This document shows positions 1 through 8,784 of a stretch of 64,000 nucleotides of DNA, one piece after another. Both the position numbers and the translations under genes were made by a program. Position 1 is the first letter of the stretch. Every line of letters starts with the position of its first letter. Where the stretch lies: IMG/VR virus record IMGVR_UViG_3300031951_000102, one strand, 5' to 3'. The notes under the pieces are model-generated. The model ran no database searches. It worked only from the letters and a program-made list of their open reading frames with translations, and was not told the DNA's origin. Source of the stretch: an uncultured virus (IMG/VR IMGVR_UViG_3300031951_000102). Lineage: Duplodnaviria; Heunggongvirae; Uroviricota; Caudoviricetes.

Positions 1-871
1 TTTGACTTACGTTAGATATAACTTTTTTTAAAGTTTCATTTTCCCATATATTCAATGCTTTAATATCACCTTGATTACAATATGGAAACTTTTTACATTT
101 TTTCTTAACCTGAACAAATTTACCTCCAGGTATTTGTGTCTTAGAAGCACCTCTCCAATCTTTTTTACTTTTTGATTTAGCCCAAATTGAATTAGTTTCG
201 TATGAACCAGCAGAACCTGAACCAGTCGCTTCTTTGGTTTCAATCTTTTTAGGTTTTTCAGAAAAACTTCTTTTAACAAAATCACTATTAGGGTCAAACC
301 CTACGGGTGCCATAAAACCTCCAGCAGAACCACTACCCGTAGCTTCACTTTGTTCTCCTTTCTTTTTTTTACCCTGACAATGGGCCTTTTGTGAAAATCC
401 TTTAGGATTATTACAATCTATACTTTTTTTATATTTTTCAGACCAATCTTCATCTAAATCTTCAACTTTAGAAACGTGTTTGTATTTTTTCTTTTTAATA
501 AATGGGTCACTTAATGACACATTTGGAGTCCCAAATTCATTTTCTCCTTTTTTAAATTCATTAAAGTCAGGGTCATTTTTTAAATCTAATTTGAATTGTT
601 CTTTAGCCCTTGCGTTTTCATTAGTTGTTGATTTACCTAATGAAAACAATTTACCAATTGGTTTATCCATTTTTACGTTTCCAATTAAATTTTTTATTTT
701 ATTTTTTTGTATCTTTCTTTTAACTATTTTTTCTTCACCAACTTCTTGAGAAACTTTATTTATTACACCGAAAGCCTCAATTGCTCCATCAGAACTAGAA
801 GTTATATCAGAATTCGAAAATATTTTTTTTTTCAAAACGTCTGTTAAATTTATATTTTCTTTTAATTTCAT
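1..871 (-). CDS. Hypothetical Lys-rich protein, runs off the left edge (absent from ORF track); probable internal head protein
   Basis: Hand translation from ATG at 871 (MKLKENINLTDVLKKK...) is open to position 1; contains WSEKYKKSIDCNNPKGFSQKAHCQGKKK and two EATGSGSAG copies. Confidence 0.8.
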   Translation of the reverse strand, partial: MKLKENINLTDVLKKKIFSNSDITSSSDGAIEAFGVINKVSQEVGEEKIVKRKIQKNKIKNLIGNVKMDKPIGKLFSLGKSTTNENARAKEQFKLDLKNDPDFNEFKKGENEFGTPNVSLSDPFIKKKKYKHVSKVEDLDEDWSEKYKKSIDCNNPKGFSQKAHCQGKKKKGEQSEATGSGSAGGFMAPVGFDPNSDFVKRSFSEKPKKIETKEATGSGSAGSYETNSIWAKSKSKKDWRGASKTQIPGGKFVQVKKKCKKFPYCNQGDIKALNIWENETLKKVISNVSQ

Positions 872-875
872 GGAA

Positions 876-1298
876 TTAAAAAGCTATTATTAATAATAAT
901 ATTAATCCTGTTGTTGAAGCAATTGTTCCTCTTCTCCACCACACAGATTTATCATTTGTTGTTTTAATCTCATTTTGTAAATCGTCAGTCATATTAACAT
1001 ATAACCCAATTTGTTTGTCTTTTTCACCAATTATTATTTGATTGTTTTTGTCTTTTTCTGTTAAGATTTCAATCTTACTATCTTTTTGTTTTTCTCTATC
1101 TTCAAGTAATGATATCTTTGAATATAATTCTTGATTCTCTTGGAGACACCCTTCTAATTTAACTAAATCTTTAGCAATCTTTCTAGCAACTTGTGAACTA
1201 ATAATAACTTTAGTCGTATCTTTAGCTCCCGTATCTACCTGTGAAAAACTTATTAAGCTCATCATTATCATAATGGTCAACAGCATCAACTTTTTCAT
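876..1298 (-). CDS. Signal peptide + coiled coil + C-terminal hydrophobic anchor; spanin-like
   Basis: MKKLMLLTIMIMMSLISFSQ leader, heptad-rich middle, hydrophobic C-terminus; overlaps upstream gene by 77 nt. Confidence 0.55.
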   Translation of the reverse strand: MKKLMLLTIMIMMSLISFSQVDTGAKDTTKVIISSQVARKIAKDLVKLEGCLQENQELYSKISLLEDREKQKDSKIEILTEKDKNNQIIIGEKDKQIGLYVNMTDDLQNEIKTTNDKSVWWRRGTIASTTGLILLLIIAF

Positions 1299-1563
1299 TT
1301 GTTTTCGTTTTTATAATGTTTATGTTGTTATCAACTAATTCAATTTCCTGAGTAATTTCTGTGATATTTGTATCAAGCTCAGCCAATTTATTATCCAATT
1401 CTTTGTTAATTAATGATACTGAATCAATTTTAGTTTGGATACTATCTATTGAAGTTTGGTATTTTTCAATATCAGTCTTTATCTTATTTGTTGTAACAAT
1501 ATCATAAACAAAAAGACCAATTATAATTAAAAATAAAATACTAACTATACTATTATTCTTCAT
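1222..1563 (-). CDS. N-terminal TM + coiled coil; i-spanin-like
   Basis: Single N-terminal hydrophobic helix followed by a long coiled coil; near amidase gene. Confidence 0.55.
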   Translation of the reverse strand: MKNNSIVSILFLIIIGLFVYDIVTTNKIKTDIEKYQTSIDSIQTKIDSVSLINKELDNKLAELDTNITEITQEIELVDNNINIIKTKTNEKVDAVDHYDNDELNKFFTGRYGS

Positions 1564-2158
1564 TTTCTTTTTTAGTTTTCTTTCTTGATGCTAAAATTTT
1601 AGACCATTTTGATTTAAATTTTTCATAAAAAACTTTTAATTTTTCTAATAATTCCAAAAAACTTTGGTCTGTTTTAATCATTTCTCCATTAATATACATT
1701 CCGTTTTCTTCACCTATCGAAAAGAAAAAATCTATGTCAAAATCTATAATTTTACCTGACCATTCAACATTATTTTTGTAAACGTTCAATTTATTAAAAT
1801 CAACTAAGTCAGATACTTCCGCAACAAACTCATCCATTGTTTCTTGAAACGCAATTTTTTCATCAGTAGTTAACTCTAATTCAGATTGTTCTTTACCGTT
1901 TAAAACTAATATCCCCCCAGAAATTCTATATGCCTGAGATTTATCTTCTTTTGTTTTTACGTCATCGTCAATCCTATCTACAACTGATTTTGTTATATTC
2001 ATTTTGTCAACTACAGATGAACCTTCAATACCGACTTGTTCACTTATAATATTATACTTACTTTTAATCTCTTCATTTTGTAAATTAGACCATGTATTTG
2101 AAAGCATACTTCTTGACGCTTTCAATAATTTTTTTATTTCATCATGTGAATTGTTCAT
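1553..2158 (-). CDS. Hypothetical protein (late, possibly virion)
   Basis: 201 aa ORF; TATTTAT motif 14 nt upstream. Confidence 0.7.
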   Translation of the reverse strand: MNNSHDEIKKLLKASRSMLSNTWSNLQNEEIKSKYNIISEQVGIEGSSVVDKMNITKSVVDRIDDDVKTKEDKSQAYRISGGILVLNGKEQSELELTTDEKIAFQETMDEFVAEVSDLVDFNKLNVYKNNVEWSGKIIDFDIDFFFSIGEENGMYINGEMIKTDQSFLELLEKLKVFYEKFKSKWSKILASRKKTKKENEE

Positions 2159-2747
2159 CTTCTATTTTTTTTATAAATAATTCAAAATCAAAGGAAGGGT
2201 TCACATCGGTAAAATAATTATAAAAATTACTTCTTGTAACAACACCTTTGAATTTTTCTATTCCATTTATTTTTGTATTATGTCCTAAAACATTTTTTTC
2301 AATTTTCGTATTTTCAAATATCAAATTACAAAGTTTTGCTAAACTTTCAATTTGGTATGTAGTATATGGATGCCAAAAAAAACGTTCTCTCCATTTTCTT
2401 TCAAAAACTTTACCTTTATAAATATCACCAATCCAGTTAACGTAATGATTATTCAGAGGTTCTTTATTTAACCAACCCAAATTTTCTAAAGAAATTATTA
2501 TCGAATTTTGATTTATTTCTGAATTTTGGAAGAATTCACTATAATCTTCATTTTCAAGTAGATGAATTACCCTACCATCAGTATCCACAATGTAATTAGG
2601 AATTTTAGAATAAGATTTATTAAACCTATATTTGAGACCAGTTAAATAATTTTCTAACTTTGTTGATGTATGAGTTAAGATAATTTGTTTCTTATTATAG
2701 TTTTTACCTATTGATTTGAAATTATCATATTTAATTATATTTAACAT
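2142..2747 (-). CDS. N-acetylmuramoyl-L-alanine amidase (Amidase_2) family protein with degenerate active site
   Basis: KQIILTHTS, NYIVDTDGRV, SIIISLEN, YTTYQIESLAKLC, TDVNPSFDF follow the Amidase_2 motif order; ATG at 2747. Confidence 0.75.
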   Translation of the reverse strand: MLNIIKYDNFKSIGKNYNKKQIILTHTSTKLENYLTGLKYRFNKSYSKIPNYIVDTDGRVIHLLENEDYSEFFQNSEINQNSIIISLENLGWLNKEPLNNHYVNWIGDIYKGKVFERKWRERFFWHPYTTYQIESLAKLCNLIFENTKIEKNVLGHNTKINGIEKFKGVVTRSNFYNYFTDVNPSFDFELFIKKIEDEQFT

Positions 2748-2763
2748 CAATCATATAAAAAAA

Positions 2764-3501
2764 TTAATTATTCTTACTGTAATGTAATCTTTTTTTTTGA
2801 TTTGATTCATCAACATTTAAATCTTCATTTTGATTATTATTTTCATCAATGTTTAAAGTTTCTGTAACCTCATCATGTACAATTTCTTCTTCTATAATTT
2901 TTTTAAAATCAACATCTGTAATTTCCTCTTGGAATGAATGTTCAATTTCAACTTGCTGAGGTTCTTCTTGTGTTATCTTTAATTTTACATCTTCAATATA
3001 TTTTTCCTTATCTTCTTTTACGATTTCATCATTATTTTTACTACTCTCATACTTTGTAAAGAAATGTAACGATGTTAGTGAAATTATTGGGAGTAACCCA
3101 CCTTCTAAAAATGCCAACCATCTTTTTTGTGATATAATATCTGATGGGTCAGAACCTAAACCTTCAAATAAAGGTCCTGTTAACTCAACCCAAGATTTAA
3201 ATAAATCACTATTAGCATCAATCTCTTTATATGAGAAAAAGACATTCCCTATCATTTGAATTAATGTTATGAGACCAAACATAAACCAAACACCACCTTT
3301 AATCTTATTAGTAGCAGCAACCAAAGCGGTCATCGCTCCCACCTCAATAGCTATAGATAAATAAACCGCCCAACTAAATGGATTCGCAATATCATACCAA
3401 GAAACAACGTGTGAAATAGATATTCCAGCAACTAAAAAAATAGGAACTAAAAACATAGTCCTGTTTGGATTATTTTTTATCCATTCCCAAATTTTACTCA
3501 T
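2764..3501 (-). CDS. Multi-pass membrane protein with acidic C-terminal tail (holin candidate)
   Basis: About four hydrophobic segments in the first 150 aa; lysis-like context. Confidence 0.55.
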   Translation of the reverse strand: MSKIWEWIKNNPNRTMFLVPIFLVAGISISHVVSWYDIANPFSWAVYLSIAIEVGAMTALVAATNKIKGGVWFMFGLITLIQMIGNVFFSYKEIDANSDLFKSWVELTGPLFEGLGSDPSDIISQKRWLAFLEGGLLPIISLTSLHFFTKYESSKNNDEIVKEDKEKYIEDVKLKITQEEPQQVEIEHSFQEEITDVDFKKIIEEEIVHDEVTETLNIDENNNQNEDLNVDESNQKKRLHYSKNN

Positions 3502-3827
3502 TTTTGTAAATCTTTAATATTTTGTTTAACTTTCATATGAAGTTCCATTAGTTGTTCACCTCTGTCTTTACCTGAAATGTAATTATCGTAATCAGTGTGA
3601 ACTTTGATTTTTTCTAATCTGATAACTTCTGAGATATTATTGATTGTATATTCTTGACTCTTAATGACGTTACTTAGACTATCTATTACTTTTTCTTTCT
3701 TAATTTCAGTTTTTTCAAGTTTATTTACTTGTCCTGATTTACTACAAGACCTAAAAAAGAAAATAACAAACAAAGCCGATAATATATACAACTTATATTT
3801 TTTTAACAGTTCAATAAAATTTTTCAT
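3498..3827 (-). CDS. Membrane-anchored or lipoprotein-like coiled-coil protein
   Basis: Basic N-terminus, hydrophobic stretch, FRSC possible lipobox, then coiled coil. Confidence 0.55.
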   Translation of the reverse strand: MKNFIELLKKYKLYILSALFVIFFFRSCSKSGQVNKLEKTEIKKEKVIDSLSNVIKSQEYTINNISEVIRLEKIKVHTDYDNYISGKDRGEQLMELHMKVKQNIKDLQK

Positions 3828-3848
3828 AATAATTTTTCCTATAAAATA

Positions 3849-3882
3849 AAAAACCTTCTATCATAATAAATAGAAGGTTTTT
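3849..3882 (-). terminator. Intrinsic terminator after the sigma gene (possibly bidirectional)
   Basis: 13-bp inverted repeat AAAAACCTTCTAT (3849-3861) / ATAGAAGGTTTTT (3870-3882) with T-rich flanks. Confidence 0.75.
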
Positions 3883-3889
3883 CTTTTTT

Positions 3890-4690
3890 CTACAAGTAGT
3901 CAAATAAAATTGAACTCTCATTCCTTAATTTTCGAAGAGCCTTTTCTTTAATCTGTCTAACTCTTTCTTTAGTTAAGTTAAAATCACCACCGATATCTTC
4001 TAATGTTCTTGGTGTACCTGATATCCCAAAATAATCTTGGATAATAACCTTTTCTCTTTCATCCAATATATTAAGGATTGTCATCAATTCTGATTTAAGT
4101 ATATCCTCATTGTTAAAATTGGCGTCAGGCATATCCGCCCCTTCATTTTTAAGTATATCTACTAAAGTATCACCCTCTTCATTGATATACATGTCCAAAT
4201 CAATAATTGACGGTAAATTTTCAAACCTATCCTCTAATTTACCACCTTTGTTTTCAACTTCTTTCTTAGCTCTTTGTAAATCTTGAACAACATTCACAGG
4301 TAATCTAATTGTTCTTGAATTATCATTCAAAGATTGTAAAATTGATTGCTTAACCCACCAAACAGCGTAAGAGATAAATCTTAGATTTTTTGACCAATCA
4401 AAATTTTGTATCGCTTTCATTAAACCTAAATTACCTTCAGCAATAAGGTCAGGAAAATCTAAACCTTGATTTTGATATTGTTTGGCAACTGTTATCACAA
4501 ATCGTAAGTTACCCTCTAAAAGTTCTTTATTAATTTTTTGTCTTTCTTTTTCTGAAATGTCTCCGTCAAGTATTATTTTGGCTAATTCTTTCTCACGTTC
4601 AGGAGTCATTACTTTTATTCTACGAATATCTTTCAAGTAATGTTGAATTTCTTCTTGGTTAATCGGTATTGATGAGTTTTTTTGTTTCAT
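3890..4690 (-). CDS. RNA polymerase sigma-70 family factor, Bacteroidota primary-sigma-like (no region 1.1)
   Basis: NLRFVITVAKQYQNQGL, DLIAEGNLGL, FISYAVWW, RTIRLP and region 4 TLEDIG..FNLTKERVRQIKEKALRKLR. Confidence 0.95.
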   Translation of the reverse strand: MKQKNSSIPINQEEIQHYLKDIRRIKVMTPEREKELAKIILDGDISEKERQKINKELLEGNLRFVITVAKQYQNQGLDFPDLIAEGNLGLMKAIQNFDWSKNLRFISYAVWWVKQSILQSLNDNSRTIRLPVNVVQDLQRAKKEVENKGGKLEDRFENLPSIIDLDMYINEEGDTLVDILKNEGADMPDANFNNEDILKSELMTILNILDEREKVIIQDYFGISGTPRTLEDIGGDFNLTKERVRQIKEKALRKLRNESSILFDYL

Positions 4691-4694
4691 ATTT

Positions 4695-5201
4695 TTATTT
4701 TGAGTATTCGTTTAAAAGGTTTTTTTCATATTCACTTAAAGAAGATAAACCACTGTTAGATATTTTATCTAAAATATTATCAAGTGACGGCTCTTTTACT
4801 TTGTTAGTCAAACAAAGGTCAACGTCTTCATCTTCTTCGTCAAATATAAGATTTTTTTCGATTCTATCTTTAAGAATTTTCAAAAATTCATTATCAGTAA
4901 TAATATCATCATCAGTGCCAAATAGGTGAGTTTTTGTGATGGAGTCAAGTTTAACTGACAATTTGTCAGTCGTGTATGGTAAAAGGAAATAAATTATTTC
5001 AGGATTACTAAATAATTCATCAAGGTTAGATGTAACATTTTTTAAATTTAAATCCGTATCAAACGTAAACACCGCCGCAGTATCACCAAAATAAAATCTA
5101 ACGGAATCACTTCTCATTGAGTCACTCAGAAACTTCGCGATTTTCTCAACAAAAACTTCTTGATTATCACTTTTACCGAACAAAAACAAGATATACTTCA
5201 T
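4695..5201 (-). CDS. Hypothetical protein with C-terminal DUF6576-like motif
   Basis: C-terminus LDNILDKISNSGLSSLSEYEKNLL. Confidence 0.7.
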   Translation of the reverse strand: MKYILFLFGKSDNQEVFVEKIAKFLSDSMRSDSVRFYFGDTAAVFTFDTDLNLKNVTSNLDELFSNPEIIYFLLPYTTDKLSVKLDSITKTHLFGTDDDIITDNEFLKILKDRIEKNLIFDEEDEDVDLCLTNKVKEPSLDNILDKISNSGLSSLSEYEKNLLNEYSK

Positions 5202-5214
5202 AAATATTTTTTTG

Positions 5215-5244
5215 CTAATATACGTAAACTTATTGAGTTACAAA
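5215..5244 (-). promoter_or_regulatory. Putative host-type (Bacteroidota -33/-7) promoter for the sigma operon
   Basis: Minus strand TTTG-N18-TATATTAG(CA); one mismatch to TAnnTTTG. Confidence 0.45.
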
Positions 5245-7605
5245 ACTAATGTTATCAATTTTCTTAATTTTAATCACATTATCAGACCAGTTAGTTACTA
5301 AAGGATTGTGAGTTATGACAAAAATCTTTTCAAAGTATTCTTTAATTTTTGTAAAAAACTCAGAAACCATATCTAAATTATCATTTGATATTTTACCGAA
5401 AACCTCATCAAAAACAATAATATTTGGTTTAGGTAAAGAACAAATCTTACTTAAAACCGCTCTTAATGCTAATGACGCTATGGTTCTTTCATAACCTGAA
5501 CCTGAGGCCATTAATTTCTCAACTTGAGTGTTATTATCAATCATAATGAATTCCACTTCATTTTTATCACTGATTCTAATCTCTAATCTAAAATGTGAAC
5601 TATCTTCCAATAATCTTTGTAATTCAGAATTTATCAAAGGCATCATAGTTTTCATTATAATTTTAGAAATTCCATTTTTACCAAAAATCTCTAAATATAT
5701 TTTGTAAATTTTCTCTTTTTCAGATTCTTCTTTAATCTTAACAATTAACTTACCATTGGATTCATTCTTATCTTCAAAGTTCTTTATTGTAAAGTTATTA
5801 GTATTAATTTTAACTTCAATACCTTTCTTTTCAACCTCAAGTTCATCTAATCTCATACCCGCTTTAATTAATTGAGAATCAATCTTAGTATTTTCGGAAA
5901 TCTTATGTTGAATTTCTTGATATTTGATAAGTTTGTTTTTTAAATTTTCAATTTTCAAATCAAAACTTTCAATACTCAATTCATATTTTTCTTTGATTAA
6001 CTTGTTTTTTTCATATTCATCAAAGTCTTTCTTTAACTGAACAAAAGCCTGTTCTTTGACATTCAAATCTGTCATTAACCCCTCAATTTGGGTTTTATGT
6101 ATGATAAGTCCGTCAAGTTCAGCAATTCTTGTTTGGGTAATCGCCGCATTCATTAATTCAATTCCACAGTGTTCACATTTGATTCCACCACTTACAGAAC
6201 TCTTTAACTTTTCAATACTTGAAATGTTTGTCTCAACTTCAATTTTTTGTTTATAATAATCTTTATATTCTTCTTTAACTTTATCATGTTGGTCCTCATG
6301 ATAAAATTGAGTAGGTTCGATAACTTTAATTTCGTTGAGTTGATTTACAACATTAGATTTTTGTAAGTTAATTGAACTAATTTCATTATTAACCTTATCA
6401 GGTTGTAGTAAACTAATTTCTTTATCAATATCAGTAAATTTACTTTTCAATAAATTATCCCGATACTGTTGACCCTTACCGATTCTATCAATTACATCAC
6501 TTAAAGATTTATCAAGTTCTGAATTATTTTCTTTAATTAACTCAATTTTTTCAATGTTATCTTGAATTTCATTTTTAAGTTGTTCACTGTTATAAACATT
6601 GGATAACATTGATTTTGAAAACTCAGAATAAATCTCTTTAGCGGCTTCTTCTTTTTTCTTTAAAAAATCTAACCCCATAAAACGTGAAAGGACTTGTCCA
6701 CGAGCTGTAGGTTTAGAATCAATTAAATCCTCCAAATTAGTAGCAGTAGTAAGAATTGTCATCAAAAAATCTTCCTTTGAGCCAATGGATGTTTTAATAA
6801 AACTTTCGGTTTCACGTCTTTGTTCACCTGTAAAATTTTGTAAACTTCCATCAGATAATTTTTTGAAAAAATCTAATTCAGTTTTCACATTCCATTCATT
6901 ACTTCGTGATAATTTTCTTTCTATCTTTCTAACGATAATGTAATCTTCCCCATCAATTGTGACCTCACCTTTAACAATTACCGAGTTTTTATCGGTAAAT
7001 CTATTAAAGATTTCTTCAGCCTTTGTGGTTTTTGTTGTCTCGTTAAAGAATAAGAACAATAATAAATCAACAGAAAGAACGGTCTTACCACCAAAGTTAG
7101 GCGGGTTTGATTCAACAACTGAAATACCATCACATTTATCAAAATCAATTTTCTGACCTTCACCATAAGATAAGAAATTTGAAAACTCAATGTTTTTAAT
7201 AAACCATCTTTTGAATGGTGTTACTTCAGTTTGATTAAGGATAAGTTTACTATCAACCGCATTATCCAACTTTATTATATCATCATATAGACCCTCATTT
7301 GATTTAGAATTGAGGAAAGATTTAACTAACTCTAACTGATAATTTTTATCTAAAATATTAAATGAAATATCAACGTTATGAACTGACTCTTCATCAGCAC
7401 TTTTTGTTTTAGTAATTACGTTAATATTTGTTGACTGATACTTCTTTTGAAAGTATTGTCTAACACTTTTTATTTTTTCTTGTGTAAAATTTTCAGCAAA
7501 ATCCTCCCATACAACTTGTATATATGGGTTGTCAAGCTTACTCAAATCTAAATCATGAGTCATATGTAAATAATTTAAAGTTGGGGGTGGATTAAACAAA
7601 TCCAT
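5230..7605 (-). CDS. sbcC: SbcC/Rad50/gp46-like ATPase with ~130 aa N-terminal extension
   Basis: IEFSNFLSYG, Walker A NFGGKT, coiled coil with CEHC zinc hook, SGYE signature, IVFDE Walker B, ITH H-loop. Confidence 0.92.
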   Translation of the reverse strand: MDLFNPPPTLNYLHMTHDLDLSKLDNPYIQVVWEDFAENFTQEKIKSVRQYFQKKYQSTNINVITKTKSADEESVHNVDISFNILDKNYQLELVKSFLNSKSNEGLYDDIIKLDNAVDSKLILNQTEVTPFKRWFIKNIEFSNFLSYGEGQKIDFDKCDGISVVESNPPNFGGKTVLSVDLLLFLFFNETTKTTKAEEIFNRFTDKNSVIVKGEVTIDGEDYIIVRKIERKLSRSNEWNVKTELDFFKKLSDGSLQNFTGEQRRETESFIKTSIGSKEDFLMTILTTATNLEDLIDSKPTARGQVLSRFMGLDFLKKKEEAAKEIYSEFSKSMLSNVYNSEQLKNEIQDNIEKIELIKENNSELDKSLSDVIDRIGKGQQYRDNLLKSKFTDIDKEISLLQPDKVNNEISSINLQKSNVVNQLNEIKVIEPTQFYHEDQHDKVKEEYKDYYKQKIEVETNISSIEKLKSSVSGGIKCEHCGIELMNAAITQTRIAELDGLIIHKTQIEGLMTDLNVKEQAFVQLKKDFDEYEKNKLIKEKYELSIESFDLKIENLKNKLIKYQEIQHKISENTKIDSQLIKAGMRLDELEVEKKGIEVKINTNNFTIKNFEDKNESNGKLIVKIKEESEKEKIYKIYLEIFGKNGISKIIMKTMMPLINSELQRLLEDSSHFRLEIRISDKNEVEFIMIDNNTQVEKLMASGSGYERTIASLALRAVLSKICSLPKPNIIVFDEVFGKISNDNLDMVSEFFTKIKEYFEKIFVITHNPLVTNWSDNVIKIKKIDNISFVTQ

Positions 7606-7607
7606 TA

Positions 7608-7799
7608 TTAGTCATTTTCAGAAACGTTGTTTGTTTCAGTTTCAGCTGAAAATTTACTTTTCATTTCTTCCAATTTTTCTTCCATCAATTTTGTATATTG
7701 TTTTTGGAAGTTTGTTTTGGCGTTAGTTAAGTTAATGTTTCTTTTCTTAACTCGCAATCTGTGGGTTTTTGCTCCACCTCTTTTTTTAGATACTGGCAT
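7608..7799 (-). CDS. Small basic hypothetical protein
   Basis: 63 aa ORF filling the gap between co-oriented genes; very basic N-terminus. Confidence 0.7.
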   Translation of the reverse strand: MPVSKKRGGAKTHRLRVKKRNINLTNAKTNFQKQYTKLMEEKLEEMKSKFSAETETNNVSEND

Positions 7800-7817
7800 A
7801 TATATTTGGTTTTAAAA

Positions 7818-8168
7818 TTAATCTATTTTAGCTGGTCGGTTTACCTCAAACCATTCAATTATTGCGTTCAAAGCCCATACTGAACCTGATGCTAACATCC
7901 CGTCAAAAAATATAGACAAAAATTCGTTTGTATCAAACAATTCTTTCACAGGAGAAAAGAATATTAAAGATAGAAAAAATCCAACCCATGTACTTGTACA
8001 CATGACACAAGAAATAAGACCTGATATAAACTTACCCAATCCCTGAAAAGGTGCAATTTCATTATCACCCCATTTGTGAATGAAATTTCTTTGTTTATTA
8101 AAAATGGAACCGTAAACTAAAATGTTAGTCATTCCATATGCAATTAAAATCCAAGCTAATGTATTCAT
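7818..8168 (-). CDS. DUF1360-like membrane protein
   Basis: Three hydrophobic segments with ISCVMCTSTWVG (CxxCxSxW). Confidence 0.65.
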   Translation of the reverse strand: MNTLAWILIAYGMTNILVYGSIFNKQRNFIHKWGDNEIAPFQGLGKFISGLISCVMCTSTWVGFFLSLIFFSPVKELFDTNEFLSIFFDGMLASGSVWALNAIIEWFEVNRPAKID

Positions 8169-8169
8169 A

Positions 8170-8784
8170 TTATATTTTTTGGTTTAAACTGGAACCTCGT
8201 AAATAATGAGCCGGTTGACTTACGTTTGATTCCAAAGTTTTTATTTTATTTTCTAATTCTTCTATTTTTTTTGTTTTATCAGAAATTTCCGACCTCAATA
8301 TCATTAAAGTTTCTTGTAAAAGTTGTGTTTTATTATCTTTAACTTCGACCTCAACAATCTTCTCAATCGGAACTTCTTTTATTATTTCTACTATTTCTGG
8401 TTGTCTATTTTCCAACTGTTGTATTTTTAACAACAGTTCATTTATTTGAGTATCATCCGAAACTTTAATTATTTTTTCAACAATTATTTCAACAGGAACT
8501 TCCCTCACAACCTCTTGTATAACAATCTTTTCAACAGGTATCTCCTTAACAACTTCAACAGGAACTTCTTTAATTACCTCAACTTCTTTGATGACTTCAA
8601 CAGGTATTTCTCGAATTACCTCAATTTCCACCTGTTTTTCTTGTTCTCCACCTATAAGTCCATACTTCCTAATATCAAACCCTTGTTTAAAACATTCCTG
8701 AATAAATTTATTGATATCTGTAATACCATTTAACATACAGAAGTCATAAATTTCTTTATTATTTTTTATCTCAACCGAGTACAT
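8170..8784 (-). CDS. Protein with V/I-E-K-P (alveolin/articulin-like) repeats and coiled coil
   Basis: IREIPVEVIKEVEVIKEVPVEVVKEIPVEKIV... Confidence 0.75.
   Translation of the reverse strand: MYSVEIKNNKEIYDFCMLNGITDINKFIQECFKQGFDIRKYGLIGGEQEKQVEIEVIREIPVEVIKEVEVIKEVPVEVVKEIPVEKIVIQEVVREVPVEIIVEKIIKVSDDTQINELLLKIQQLENRQPEIVEIIKEVPIEKIVEVEVKDNKTQLLQETLMILRSEISDKTKKIEELENKIKTLESNVSQPAHYLRGSSLNQKI

Noticed and set aside
5200..5206. TATTTAT copy at the start of 4695..5201
   Set aside because: Overlaps the ATG itself, so likely a by-product of the AT-rich start context; not counted
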